This document shows, in pieces, positions 21,901 through 35,400 of a stretch of DNA of 51,822 nt. Position 1 is the first letter of the stretch; each line of letters begins with the position of its first letter. Source of the DNA: Klebsormidium nitens. Taxonomy: Eukaryota; Plantae; Klebsormidiophyceae. The stretch is taken from assembly GCA_000708835.1 (NCBI GenBank), contig DF237284.1, forward strand, positions 1 to 51,822, in the 5' to 3' direction. The position numbers were made by a program, and so were the translations under genes. Under the pieces are notes generated by a model. The model was not told where the DNA came from. It saw only the letters and a program-made list of their open reading frames with translations, and ran no database searches.

Positions 21901-24900
21901 TCCTCTTCCCCCTCAACACCGCTTTCCATTGCCTGCGCTTGGGCGGCTTTCTCTCTCCTGGCCGCCTCTCTCGCGAGCGTCCGCTCCTCTTTCCGCTTCC
22001 GCCGCTCCTCTTCTTCATCGGTGTCGTACGCCAAACCGAGCGGGTTTTCCCCCTCGTCGGAATCGCTGTCGTCATCGCTGCCAAGCGTTTCCGGGGCCTT
22101 GGGCACCGGAGGTGGCTCGATTGCAGCCCCTTTCGGAGGAGCCGCTCGAGCGGCCGCGGGCGCTTTCTCCCGCGTGAGCGGCTCCTCGTCGTCATCATCT
22201 GCAGGAATGCGGGGTACGATACTGTTAGAGGGCGTCACAGGGCTAAATGCTCAACACATCGGTGACTATGGCAGAGTCGGGTTTGGCTTTAACCTCAACG
22301 CTGAAGCAGAAGACGAGTTCTTTGACGTATTTCTATGCCTTATTAGGAGGATTACATCAACTTATGCTGCAAGGAAACCCATATATTGTATGATCAAGCC
22401 GGCGAACGCATCCCTACATTGCCATATAAACGTTTCCATCCAACTCTCTACCACATACAGGACGCGACTTGCCCCACAACGCCCTCACTTGATAACGTGA
22501 GGACCCAAAGTTGCCTTCACTTTACAGCGCAAAGTCCCAATTCTGTCAACACCAGGCAAGCCCTTTTGAGCATGAACACAACACCGGCCCCAGCCAGCCC
22601 GTTTGCTTACCTTCGGCGTCGGCCCCGTCCTCTGCCACAACCTGCGTGACAATCTCCACAAGCATTTCGTCGGTTACCTTCAGCAGCACCTCCGTCAGCA
22701 CGCGCCGGATCTCCGCGTTCACTGCGGCCTTGCGCGCCGCCTCCGCGTCCTGCACGGAAGGCTTAAACGTCTTTTAGCACACTATCCGAAGCCCGAAAGC
22801 GCGAACATCCAAAGGTAGTGATGAGCGCCTCGGCGTCCTGCACAGAAGCCTGGTGAATCTAATCGATTTCCAATCATGGGCTGGTCTGAGGCCGAGATAT
22901 TCAGTCTAAACGATACGCATCGGACTCATCAGGCAGATCCTCTGAGTAAGCAAAAGAATCCTTTCGAAGGGTGGGCGGTTGAGTGCTCGGCTCGTTGAAA
23001 CCCCCAGAAAGAAGACGCTGAGGGACTTAAAAGTCTGTACATGAATTGTCACCCTTGAACGCCACACTCACTAACTGGTATTGCGGACCAGTCACTTAAA
23101 GCAGAGGCTGAGGGCACTCACCTCGTCGTCCGAAGCCTCGCTATCGGACGGCGTCGGGCTGCGGCGTCCGTCGATGCGCGGCCCCGACACTTTCTGCTGC
23201 CCTGCCTTCGCTCCGTCTTCCGCCTCTGCTGCAGCCTTGGCCTGCTTCTTGCGGAGCTCTTCAAGGAGCCAGGACGGAACGGCGGCCTGAAGAAACCAAA
23301 GACGATCTTAGAAGCGCAGAGACAGGCTTCTGGAACATGTCTGAGCGACTGGAGGGGCCTTCTGAGCGATCGAAAGTGGGTTCCAACGGAAGGGAAAATT
23401 GCGGGTTGCTTTTTGCGGACAAGATCAAGAAGGAACCGCGGCCCGTAGAGAACAAAGACATTCTTAAAAGCGCAGTGACGGGCTTTTAGTCCCGTTTTGG
23501 TTAGGAGAGCGGAGGGGCCTTCTGAGCGAAAGTAGGTTCAAAGGAACGGAGACTTGCGAGCTACATTCTTGCGGAGCTCTTCCAGGAGCCAGGAAGGAAC
23601 GGCGGCCTGCAGAGACCGAAACCAGTCTCAGAAGCGGAAGTGCGTAATTGATGTTTATGCTTGGAGACGATGGAGTCGTCTTATAAGGAATTGAAACAAG
23701 TTTCAGAAAAAGACTCTTTGAACTGCTTCTTGTGGAGCTCTCCTAGGAGCCAAGACGGAACCGCGGCCTGTAAACCCAAATCAGTCTCAGAAGGCGGAGA
23801 GGCACAAGCAATACTATGCTTGGAGAGACCGGAGTGGCCCTCTAAGCAGCGAAAGAAGGTTCAGGGCAAAAGAGTGTCACAGGCTGCTTCCTACGCAGCT
23901 CTTGTAAGAGCCGCGAATGAACGGCGGACTGTGGAAAACAAAAAGGCAGTTTTAAGAAGTCGCACAAGTTTGACCAGCTATCATAGGAGAGAGCGGAGTG
24001 ATCCGCTTAGGGGCTAAGAGAAGTTTCGAAGGGCGAGATGATGGTGAGCTGCTTCTCTCGGAGCTCGAGCAGCCAGAACGGGACCGCGGTCAGTCACACA
24101 CAAAATCAACGGTCGCGCACCCTTTTTTCGAGTCAGAACTGCGACGGGAGGGACTGCAAGCAAGGCCAGAAGTACTGTTCCCGGCCCAAAAGTAGAAACT
24201 TGCAGATCTGCCTGTAGAACCAGCGATGCAAGGGTCGCAAACAGGAGCGCCAGGGAAGCGATGGGGCACTACACAGAAGGTGCGAACATACTTTCCGACA
24301 ACTAAGAATACACGTGAAGTCTGCGAATGTTACCTTCTTGGGCTTGCCGGCTCCAGGGCTACCTGCCCCCCCAGCGTCGTCCATTTGCATCAGGGGAGGC
24401 TGCATGAAGGGCAGGCCGGGCCCAGGGGGGTACCCCATGTTTCCATACGGGGGGGCTCCCATGGCAGGTCCAAAGCCGGGCCCTCCAGGGAAGCCACCGG
24501 TTTGGATCTGCGGGATCGCGGCAGCAGATTGAGTCAGGGGCGCATCTTGGAGTGGAGCTTTGCGAGATTTGAAGAGAGACACCAAACCCAACCACCGAGT
24601 TTCTCATCGCCCCGTAAGACTTTCATGAACGGGTGCAACCCTTCTTCTCCATAGTAGCGCAGGGTAACGCTGCAACTTAGTTGGGTGGCAACAAACAACG
24701 GAGCGGCACCGATACAAGTGACGCAAACAAACGAACATATAGACCGTTGTAGAAGATAAACATCGGGCATGATCTTGAGATCAGTGCCTTGTCAAGATGC
24801 TCTCTGCATAAGCAGCCTTTGCAGGTTCGCGGAAACAGGTTGATCGAGGTAGCTTGCCTTACAATTGACTCGGTTTCGGGAGTAGCATACTTTCAGAAGG

Positions 24901-27664
24901 ATTCAAAAGACAGCCAACAAGTGCTTGTGCAATTTCGGGGTTTCTTCAACCAAGCAGCAAGTGTCAAAAAGTTGAAATGAAGGGACATACCTGCCCAGCA
25001 AACGAAGGCACGTTGGACACTTGGCCAAACGGCAGACCCTGGTTATTATAACCCTCCATCCTGTAACCCTGCAAGCCTCCACCCTGAAAGCCCTGCACCT
25101 GCCCCATCCCAGCATTATTGGGGAACTGCTGCTGAGGGAAACCCTGTTGATAACCCTGCTGATAGCCAAACTCGGTTTGGGGCTGAGTCCCAAACCCTTG
25201 CCCCTGATTGACGAAACCCTGATTAGCAAAGTCCTGCCCCAAGTTCAGTTGACCCTCCCCTTGAATGGGGAAACCTTGGCCCTGGTTTGCTAAATCCTGG
25301 GTCTGGTTAGGGAACCCCTGGCTCTGATTAGGAAACCCTTGACTCTGACTAGGGAGACCCTGGCTCTGGTTAACAAAACCCTGGCTTTGATTTAGTCCCT
25401 GGCTGACCGAACCCGGCCCTTGGTTCATTAGACCCTGGCCCTGGTTAGCCATAACTTGGCCCTGAGGACCCAGGCCTTGGCTCTGGAAAGGGAAGGTTTG
25501 CCCCTGCTTAACAACACCCTGCCCCTGACCCGTAAAGTCTTGACCCTGGTAAGGGAAACCCTCTGCGCCCCCTTGGGCACTCCCCCAGAACTGGGCTTGG
25601 TTGCCTGGCTGCTGCTGCTGCCCCTGGTACCAGTCATACTGCTGCTGGGGGGGAAACTGGTTTGTTTCTGGGTTAGCGAGATGGTTTGAACCACCGCCGC
25701 CGCCATCGCCGCCTTCGATCGCCATATCTTCATCCGCAATCTGTGGGGGAAAAATTGAAGTCAGTCAGATCACCATTCAATGCACTATTACACTTGTTCA
25801 TTTTGACCCTTTTGGTCAACGCTACAACACTCCCGCTGGACCATGGGGAACTCCTCATGTTCAAACCACTTGCAAAGGTTTATGACCGGACTTTCTTTTA
25901 CGCAGCACCCATTGTATCGGACCTGTCGCCACTGCACACATAAATCGTATTTTCCATTATCACCATGCTCAAGGATGGAGCGCTTCATCAAGCGACCCAA
26001 AAATCAGGCAGATCAAGGACCAATAAGAAAGAGTCTCTCTCCATAATGAGTCGGGTCATAGTACCATTGACAGCCGTATCAAGGAATGCAACTGCACCAG
26101 TGATACACATTTCTCCCCATTTTGACGATCATTCAGCAAAACACTTTCAGGCCCTTGCAGGGACTCTGATGTAAATGGTCAGACGACTCCCTTAATATGA
26201 AAACCGTTCCTCCAGCCTTTGGAGACTTTCTCTCACCGCATTCCCCTCCCCTTTCTCCGCTCGTTCTTGCTCCTGTCGCCTCTGTGCCTCCTCCGCCCGC
26301 GCGCGCTCCGCCGCCTCCGCCGCTGCCTTCTGCTCCATCCACAGCCTGGCCTTGATCTGCCATTCGGTTTCCACGCTGACTGGCTGCTGACCTGAGCGTT
26401 AAACATCCACAAGAAAGTTGCTGGATGGGTTACCAAATTGTCCCCTTCACGCTGACTGGCTGCTGACCAAAAAGGACGCCGTGTGAAAGAATGTATGCTG
26501 GCCATTCTGATCAAACATCCCTCTTACAATGAGTGAAAGCTGACCTGAGCCAAAACGTCCAAAAGAAGAGTGCTAGCTGGGTTACCAAACTGTCCCCCTT
26601 CACACTGATATGGCTGCTGATCTAAGAGGACGCTGTAAAACGTTGCACAACATTGCCCCTTCATGCTGACTGGCTGAGGAGACACTGTCCAGAAGTCAGT
26701 CCAATGGCTGCGTCTCTTAAGCATCTCGTGAAGCAAGCAATTCCTTCACACTGAAACCTTGCTGAAAATTACCATAAGACTTGCAACTACATGGGGATTG
26801 AGCCTTTTGCTCCGGGAGAGCTGACAGGGCAATTCTGGAGGGTCGGTAGGTTGCACCAATCGTGTTTGGGACACCATAACTTCACCAACTTTATGACGGC
26901 CTTGCGGCTTCAATGATTGCCAGACGACATGGCCATCTCCATAAGATGCAGTTTGGTGATCGGCTCAAGTATTGCAGGAGTTACCTTGCACAGCTCCATA
27001 CATGCCTTGCTCTTGACTGTACGCTCCGGCGCCGGCCCACTGCTGTTGCTGCAAAGAAAGTTACGTCAGTGGCTCGAAACAGAGTCTCCCAATGGAACAA
27101 TTTCGAATCTTATCAAGAGATTTTTTCAATCGGTGCCAGCTCCACGCGTCCTGACGATGGGGCGCGCAACCAACGGGTGAACGTATTCTCGTAATGGAGA
27201 CCGTCAAGAAGCATATCATAGGGTGGGCGAAAAGAAGACGGCTGAAAAAATCCACTTCACACATGTCTCTTTTTGTAGCATAATGGTACTCGGCACGTAG
27301 GACCAGAACACCGCATCATCCACCATCTTCAAGAAGGAGATCTGAACATGCCGCGCCACACGTAGGACAAGACAACGAGCGAACTGCTTTGGGTTTATTT
27401 AAACAATCCAGACAGCGGCGTAGATGCCAATGAATGCCATCATACAAAGTTGCTCAGTTTATGCGGGGAGCTTTCCACACGGTTCAACCATCTTGTTACC
27501 TGACTTCCGGCCCCGTATGCCCAGCCCCCCGGTGCCTGTCCTGGGTAAGTCTGTGCATGGTATCCTCCGGGTAGAGAATGCGCTGACTGTGGATTGCCCG
27601 GTTGACCACCTGCCGTACTGCTTGGAAATGGTGGCATCGATGCCTGACCTGGATGTTCAGCCAT
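18905..27664 (-). CDS. PNISR: PNISR/SFRS18-like arginine/serine-rich splicing factor
   Basis: Exons ~27664-27500, ~26386-26237, 25740-24991, 24507-24334, 23286-23122, 22749-22611, 22519-22489, 22221-20845, ~19819-19710, ~19256-19204, 18917-18905. Motifs EWQIKARLWMEQK, VPSWLLEEL and EIRRVLTEVLLKVTDEMLVEIV, followed by a long RE/RD/RS tail. Confidence 0.8.
22735..22850 (-). repeat. Acceptor echo, 2 copies, offset ~88 bp
   Basis: CGCCTCCGCGTCCTGCACGGAAG (real junction 22750) is repeated as CGCCTCGGCGTCCTGCACAGAAG (junction 22838). Confidence 0.75.
23240..24100 (-). repeat. Acceptor-echo tandem array: ~160-bp unit, 6 copies
   Basis: TTCTTGCGGAGCTCT..AGGAGCCAGGACGGAACGGCGGCCTG recurs with junctions at ~23287 (real), 23445, 23607, 23768, 23929 and 24090. 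Confidence 0.9.
25090..25560 (-). repeat. Coding 21-bp (7-aa) Q/G/N-rich repeats inside the PNISR-like exon
   Basis: Translation LNQSQGF-VNQSQGL-PSQSQGF-PNQSQGF-PNQTQDL-ANQGQGF. Confidence 0.85.
26370..26690 (-). repeat. Acceptor-echo array: ~76-bp subunit forming a ~153-bp dimer
   Basis: CACGCTGACTGGCTGCTGACC at 26372, 26449, ~26601 and ~26662; CTGACCTGAG junction motif at 26392 and 26545; GGGTTACCAAA.TGTCCCC occurs twice. Confidence 0.85.
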
Positions 27665-28454
27665 GTTTGCAGGAAGTAATATCCTTACCTAGCAAAAAGA
27701 GCAGAATGAGAGACGAGTATTTGGTAACTCAGCAGATTGCATAGGTTTGTTGAATCCGAGCGGAAAAGGCGGCCACATCTTCTCCTTGTTCAACCCATTG
27801 TGCCCTGCCCTACTGTCAACCTTCGTGCATTTGACGTTAAGTCCACATTAATGAAATTGACGGGGCATCTGCAGATTAATGCAGCACCATACTGTCATAG
27901 AGACCTGCGAGTACCAAGTAAGCTCACCCACAATTTCAACGCGCTTCAAAATCTTAGAAGATTGAATTCATCGCAACTTTCTTTGCAAAAATACGCACTT
28001 GTTTTAATTGTTCACACCTTATAAAAGACGTCCGCACCTTCTAATCATGACCCAACTTGCTACAGAAGATGCCAAACATGCTGGACCGGAGAGGCCGGAA
28101 ATAACTTGATGTTGCGAGCCCCTGAGGCCTTCTCCTGACGCAGAAGATTCCGCCCTGTCACTGATCCCAAAGTTCCAAACCGAAGAAGCACTGGAATTTT
28201 GCAATAACCAAACAGAGAGTCCCCAGGTTACACCGACTCGCAAGCCTCACCTGCTAGAACGAACTGCTAGAACAATCGCTTGCAGAGTCAGCTTCAAGAA
28301 CTCTCAAGGCGGTGCCGCCATTCTTCATCTTGAATTTAGCATTTGCTTGATTGCTTTGCTGTGGCCAGGGGCTGGGAACTAGGCACGAAGACAAAGCCAA
28401 AGTACACCAGTAACTATCGGTCGATTGCCGGTAATGGTAACCAACATTGAACAT

Positions 28455-28760
28455 TAGTAGGGCCGCGGCCCGCGACAGCGGCCGCCGGGCGGACACGTGT
28501 TCACAGTGACCGGACCGGAACTTACTACCCAATAATGCATGCTCACTGCACAACCGGCCCGGCCCTCCCGAGTCCCCGGTCGGGATGAGCGCACAGACAA
28601 ATCTCCGAGACTCCGACCATTGCCCCGCCGAGGCCCCGCCCTGGATTCACCAAGGTATTGAGATCCTAGGCACAAGCTGAGGCAATGCCCTGACCGCCAC
28701 ATCTGCGCCATAGCGCCACATCTGTGCCTAAGCCACGTGGGCCCACGACATCCAGCTTTT
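28455..28760 (-). promoter_or_regulatory. GC-rich putative promoter of the PNISR-like gene
   Basis: Lies upstream of a probable 5'-UTR exon (GTGAGG donor at ~28250). Contains a G-box CACGTG at 28734-28739 overlapping a site-II-like TGGGCC, a GGGCCGCGGCCC palindrome at 28460-28471, and a duplicated GCCACATCTG. Confidence 0.4.
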
Positions 28761-29496
28761 CGGAGTCAGCAGGCCGGTGATGAGGCAAGCCCGCCCGGGC
28801 ACTGAGCTGCCTAGTCAATTACCCCATTAGCGGTGGTCAGAGCGGTGATCTAGCGCGTAGGAAAAGCTCCTGACTTTGGTTTCAAGAGCTTCACAGGCAC
28901 TTCACAGGCAGAAGTGGATGCAAAGGACGTAACTAGGCGATAAGGCTCCCTCGTGAGCTGGCGGGCGGTGATCACCAATGCAGACGTCTTTGACCCTCCT
29001 TGTCGCAGTCAGTGTAGTACTGGCCGTGTACGTCCAGCTACTTAGGGACGAGACATTCCAGAAGCGTCTCACACGGCATCATAATCAAACTCCGACCTGT
29101 CGCACGATATACTCGTCATGGATCATCCTATATATATCCTGGATACAGTAAGCACTACAGTCTCAAACAAAATAGCGAAAGCGCAGTCTCAACTTACACT
29201 AGCGTTCTTTCCTGGATTTGTCAGCCATACGGCTTACGAAATGCTTGCACAAAGCAAGTCAAATCTGTCCGATACTATTCTACAATGGAAACTGCAGCCC
29301 ATTGCTTACAGGTCATCTCCCTATCATAATCGACACGTCTACTCTTCGAAGCCTGCTGAAGACGGAACTCTTGCATACTTAGCAACGAGTGTCAAACTCA
29401 AAGTGTTCGCATGTCAAAGCCCTTCCTTCCTGTTTTTTAAGAATCGCCCCCAGTCTGTCGGCCGGCAAGTCCCAGGTTTGTTCGCCCCTGCGCTGC

Positions 29497-32400
29497 TCAC
29501 ACGTCGTACGTTATGCTGACTTCAAACTTATTGGCGTGGGGGATCCCCCACTCCTCGTGTGACACGTGGGCAAACTTCACCATGGTGCCGTACACTGTTT
29601 CCAGCATGAACCGGCGTACCCAGCGGAGAACCACGTTGTCGTCCTCCCCCTTATGGGAGGTCAGCTTCTGGCGACTAAATATGTACAGAACGGTCCCGAC
29701 GCCCGCGCCCGCGGCCGCGTCCGCGTCGGCGGCCGCGCGCTTGATGTCCGGGTCCAGCGTGCTTAGCTGCGGGCGACACGAAAGAAGGTCAAAATGGGAC
29801 CGTGTTACTTCGAAAAGATGAAGGCTTGGCGGCTGGAGTGCTTATCAAAGGACGAGGGTTTGAAAAGTCGCCTTGGTAGCAAGATCTTCACCTTCGCCAC
29901 AGCGGAACGGTCACGAAATAAGGTTCCGACAAAAAGCGGGCACAAATGAGGGCCGTTGAGGAACGCGGGATACGGAGAGAGACGAGTTCAAGGCTTTGAG
30001 GCTGGGGAACCTTGAATGTTTAGAAGTGCTGAACTACCTGATTGTGGACTCTTGACAGGCTACTGCTGAATGAGAAATGCTGCAGAACGAAGCGTTCTTG
30101 AGGTGGGCGGTATCCGGTATCCATACTTCGAAGTTCAGTCGGACTCTCCGGCTCGAACGATTCAAAGCATGAACAACTCCGCACCCATCACATTCTGAAA
30201 TCGAGACCAACATAGATTTCAAAGCCAGGATTCCAAGACCCTCGTTTTTAGCTTCGCGAGAGAGTAATTAGTGCGTGCGCCTCACCCTGTCCGTCAGCTT
30301 CAACACAAAGGCGCTGCCGTGATTCACCCGGTCCAGGTACCCGTACCGAGCAACGGCCCGGTACATACCGGGGTAGGGCAGTTTCTGCACCAGGATGCGC
30401 TCCTCCGGGTCCACCCTTGGGACGGCCACCTGCCAATGAAAAGCTGCCACGTCAGTCTTTCAGAAAGAGGCTATCTTCTTCACAAAAAGTCGGTGATACT
30501 GTTGGACGAGTGTCGAGGGGAGGTAGCGTCGAAGAGGGGCCCTCAAAGCCACGGGAGATCATACGGAGTGAATAAGGGCGCATGAATAGAGGACACTGTC
30601 TATACCCTAGTTGAGCACTTTATCTTTGAAGCAGCCAAAATGGTGAGGTAAAGGATTCAATGGATTCGTGGCGCCTCGTGCGTTCGTAAAACTTTGAGCG
30701 GTCGAAAGTCAAAGACCAGAAAAGTGACCGTCGGTTAAGGTACGGGGCCTTTCAGATTGGGAAAGTATGTGCGACGTTGACAAATAGTGGGATTTTCCAG
30801 TCGCTTCATGTCGAGACCAATTCTTGATCTCACGCTGACCTGTGGAAAATCCAAATGTTCGTATGTCTGATGGTGATGTCAGCTCTACAGTCTGCGCATA
30901 CCTGGCGGACGGTGACCAGGACGACGTGCTGGTGCAGGCAGCTCCAGCGGTCGATCAGCGAGGGCATCAACGGCGGAGCGCCGACGAGCGTTTCCGAATA
31001 TGTCAGCGCGATCCCGGGCGCGCGCAGGATGGGCAGCCCGGTGCGCGCGTTCGCGAGCGTACCGTCGCGCGGCGCGAGGGCACGTTCCGACGGCGCGTCG
31101 GAGGAAGGCGGGGGGCGGTGAACGGTGACGAGGTCCTCGAGGCGGGTCTGAAGGAAAAGGAACGTCAGCGAAAATCCCGAAGAGTGTGACATCATGATCA
31201 CTTTAAACTTCTCCTACACTGTTTCTTCCTTACGAAAACTCCAGAGGATATTGAATGTCGTAAGATCGGTAGAAGGCTAGGTAGATAGATCTCGGACATT
31301 TGACACTCGATTGTAGAGACCTACTGATTGTCAAATCTGCAGGACATGGATCACAAGCGGAGAAGTCAAACATGACAGATGATGAGTGAAGATCACAAAA
31401 GGATGCGCTCAATAAGATCGTTCAGAATCTGTGCACTTAAGTTCCCCTTTGGTCAACTTCTTCGATCCAACTCCTGGTTCCATTTTACTCAAATAGATTT
31501 CGCCAGATCAACGCTCACCTTGTTCGCAAAGAGGTACGTCAGCTTCTTGCTCGTGCCCCAGTACCATATGAGGCTCAACGCCGATACGACGCCCGCGACG
31601 AGGATAGCGTACCAGCCGCCGTCCGGCACCTTCTCGAGGTTCGCAGACAAATAAGTCCCGTCGAAGAAGGCGTAAAAGAGCAGAAACGCGACGGCCGCGA
31701 CGACGTTGCTCTCCCAGACCATGAGCATGACGATGAAAATAAGGAGGTCGGTGCCGACCATCATGGCGCTTACAGCAACACCTGGAAACGACAGGTTACG
31801 GATGAAGGTTAGGGATTGAGAACATCTTCATCTCGCTACAATATCATGGAAGCAGCTTCGAGAGGAGAAGGAGAGCGGCGTTGAGAAGAATGTTTTCTTG
31901 AAAGAAAAAGCTTTGAAGTAATAACAATAGCTTAGAACCCAGAAGAACCACTGAAGTTGCAGAAGGAGCCTAAGATGATCGCTCCACATTCCCGATCCTA
32001 GCCCATACAAACAAGCCCACAGAAATACGCTGCCGTTCCCAAGCTCGTATATTATAAATCAAGTCACTCATATGTTCAGTGCTAACTCCTAAGAGCCGAG
32101 TCAGGACTGCGACTTACCGTACGCCAGTCCGAGCTTGGTGGTGTTCTTAAAGATGACAATGACGATGACGGTTAGGATCATCATAACCCAATTAACCTCC
32201 GGGATGTACACCTGGCCGGTAACCTGCAAGAAGAATCGAACGAGGTTCAGAAGAAACTCAATAGTGCGCTGCAAAAACACGTAACGTGTATGTCAGGCCG
32301 CCGACTATCCGACGGGTCCTTAAGAAATATCCGAGCTCCAAAACCTTTCGATTCCCCCCAACCCTTTTTTGAAGCCAACAATCGTACCTCGTCGGATGTG

Positions 32401-35400
32401 TCAAATGAGGACCCTAGCACTGTGCTCCGCTTGAAAGTAGACGATACGTCCCCATGTTACGGCTTAAGATCATGCCCCCAACGTCCAAGTGTGAAAGATC
32501 GAGACCTTTTTGAGACCCACCCTGTCCGACGTGTTGAAGACGCGCAGGCGCGGGAAGCAGCCGAGCGCCATGCTCTGTTTGACGATGGAGAAGGCGCCGG
32601 AGATCATGGCCTGGCTCGCCACGGTGGCAGCCAGCGTGGCAACAACGAACATGTACCAGAAGAGGCCGTCCCCGCCGGGAATGCTCGCGTAGAAAGTGCT
32701 GCCGACTTCGTCGGGGTGCTTGATCAGCCACGCGGCCTGGCCGAAGTAGGTGATAACTAGGGAGGGGTACGCGAGGCCCACGAAGCCGAGCTGCAAAAAA
32801 GGGGCTTGGATGTGTTAGAGATCATGGGGGGGTAATACGAAGCGACGAGAGTGGCTGCAGGTGTTCTCTTCTGCTCGACGAATCTCCGGGGAGATATGAC
32901 AATTCCGAGAAGGAGATAGCATCTTCGCCTGTAAACCTTTGGGAAAGCTGCTCCGAACCCAGCGCTCACAGAAGAAGCAATTAAAACCGGCAGAAGCGAG
33001 CGCATGCACGCGCGCTGTTGAGAAACAATCGCCAGGGAGCGCGACAGAAACATAACAAAGAGCGCGCCCGCATCGGACCCCCGCGCCCGCAAGAACTCCC
33101 TGCTACAACTCCGAACGAAACCAAGCGCGCACACGCGCGCGCTCACCTGGACGCCCGCGCGCGAGAAGTGGCCGAGGTCCGCGAAGGTCGCCTCCGCGCC
33201 GGTGATCGCAAGGAAGACGCCCGCCAGCTGGCGCCAGCCGCGGTGGGCGTCGTCCTTGAAGAAGAAATACGCGTAGTGCGGGCTCAGGCACTTATATATC
33301 CCGGGGTAATACGTGGCCGTGTTGTATATAGCTATGACGACGTTGGAGGCGAACCAGATGATGACGACGGGCGCGAACATGAAGCCGACGCGGCCGGTGC
33401 CGAAGGGCTGCGCCGCGAAGAGGGCGACCACGATCGCGCACGAGACGCCCACGATGACGCCTGGAAAAGCAAACAGGAGATTAAGAGTTCAGGGCCGAAA
33501 GACAAAAAGCGCGATTCCCGCGGTTCGTATTGTGGGATTCTGATTACTAAGAATTTAATTTGCTCGGCCATGATCATTAGCCACACGAGTGACTTTTGAC
33601 AGAGATACTCTGAAAAGGACGAAAGAAAGACAATCAGAACTGCGCAAACAACGCCCACAATTACGCCCTAAGTCGGAGGTTCACGGGCTGTGCACAAGAT
33701 TTCAATGGACTGATGTTTTCTTGAAAAGTTGCAACCGCGTTTGCAACTTCCGTCTGAACAGCGCGCGTGTGCGATGCTACAACGGAGAGTTGCTTCTTCC
33801 GAGAGGAACTGACGGAAGTCCCTGTCTATCGAGGACGGAAACGATTGATCCAACAAAAAAGCCGTCCTCTCAAGGACAAAGGACGATAGGATACTTGAAA
33901 GCATCAAAGGAAGTCATCACTACCGGTGTTTGGCAGAGGTGACGAAGGACGCACGGTGGAAACGGCCAGCAACTCAATGGCTCCGGGAGCCCCAAGAGAA
34001 AGACAAAGCTGAAGACACTCCAATTGCAAAATATGTCACAAGCGGAACTCACTGGTACTTGTGGACGGCAGCTTCACTTGGATCCCGTACACCGCGCCCA
34101 GCACCGACTGCGCTGGCGTCAGCACGCCGTCACCCAGGACCATGCTGGTCATGACAAGAACTAGGATGAGGAGCGCGTTCCGCGCCCAGGCCTTCCGCTC
34201 TAACATGTTCTTGAGGACCCTGGCCGGAGTCTTGCGCGTCAGGAACTGGCGGGAGGAGTGCTTGGAGGTGTAGCGGGAGAGTTGCAGGTCGGCGGCTACC
34301 GGGGCGGCGCCCCCCCCGGGGGTGATGTTGGCGTTTCGGCAAAGTAGGGAATACAGAGCGAAGGTGCCGCCTGGAAAATTGGGAAGAGGAACGGGTTTAC
34401 CTCTGAGTTACTTGATGAGAGGAACACGAAAACTGGGAAATTCCTTCTGCGGAGTTTGAAAAAAGGGGTTCTTTTTCGGGTTACTCGCTGACGGACACTT
34501 GGAAGAGGTAAGTTATGAACAGCGAGTGTGGAGGCGGAAATCTCGGAAAATCCTCAGAAGGTAGAAATTCAATCGCACATGAGCACCAGAAAATAGGATG
34601 TGTGATTTGAGAAGGCAGCACATAGTTGGTTCAGAAGCACGACGGAGCGTGCTGCGAGCAACAATAGGAAAGAGCGCGCGGCAGTACTTAAAGACTCAAA
34701 GCGACTACAGAGGAGTTTCGAAAGCAAAAACACCGCGAACTTAATACGAGGACTGCAATTCCATCATAGCACTGCGGGCTTACCTTCCCCATTGTCGTCA
34801 GCAAACATGACGAAGCACATGTACTTGATCAACACGGCCAGAGTGAGCTGTTCAATGCAGGAACAGTGACGTCAGCGGCGCAGACAAATGACGTACGTGA
34901 TAACGAGGAACAAATTGGAGTCAGCGATACAGAGAAGGGGCGTCCGTGCAGGACTTTTGCTGATCATTTAAGTGGCAACAGAAAAGGAACCTTTATGCAG
35001 ACGCCTCAGGGCATCAGGAAATCGAAAGTTTTGAGGAATCTCAAGCAGGAGCACAACAATCCTCCATTCTGGTCACTTTATGTAAGCCTTTTAAGGTTGC
35101 AGGCTGCAGGTGCTGACTCCAGCCTTAAATCCCCTTCCTATAAGCAGAGCGTTGCAACGAGGATGCGACGCGCCAAAAACGCACGAGTGAGTCGCTAAAG
35201 TGCGTGGTCAGACTAGATTGGGGTCCAATAGAGGGTGAAGGAAGTCAAAATGAGGTAATACTTGGTCAAACAAGATCAGGGATGGGTGCTTGACGTCAGC
35301 CTCACCGTCCAGAAGATGAGCGATGCGCATCCTAGGATGCGGTCAGTAGATGGAGTGCCGTCTGAAAACGTAGACGAGTAGACGTACAGCGGGGAAGTCC

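Noticed and set aside
20769-22500. Long plus-strand Ser/Leu/Pro-rich ORFs
   Set aside because: They are antisense shadows of the purine-rich RE/RS exon of the PNISR-like gene.
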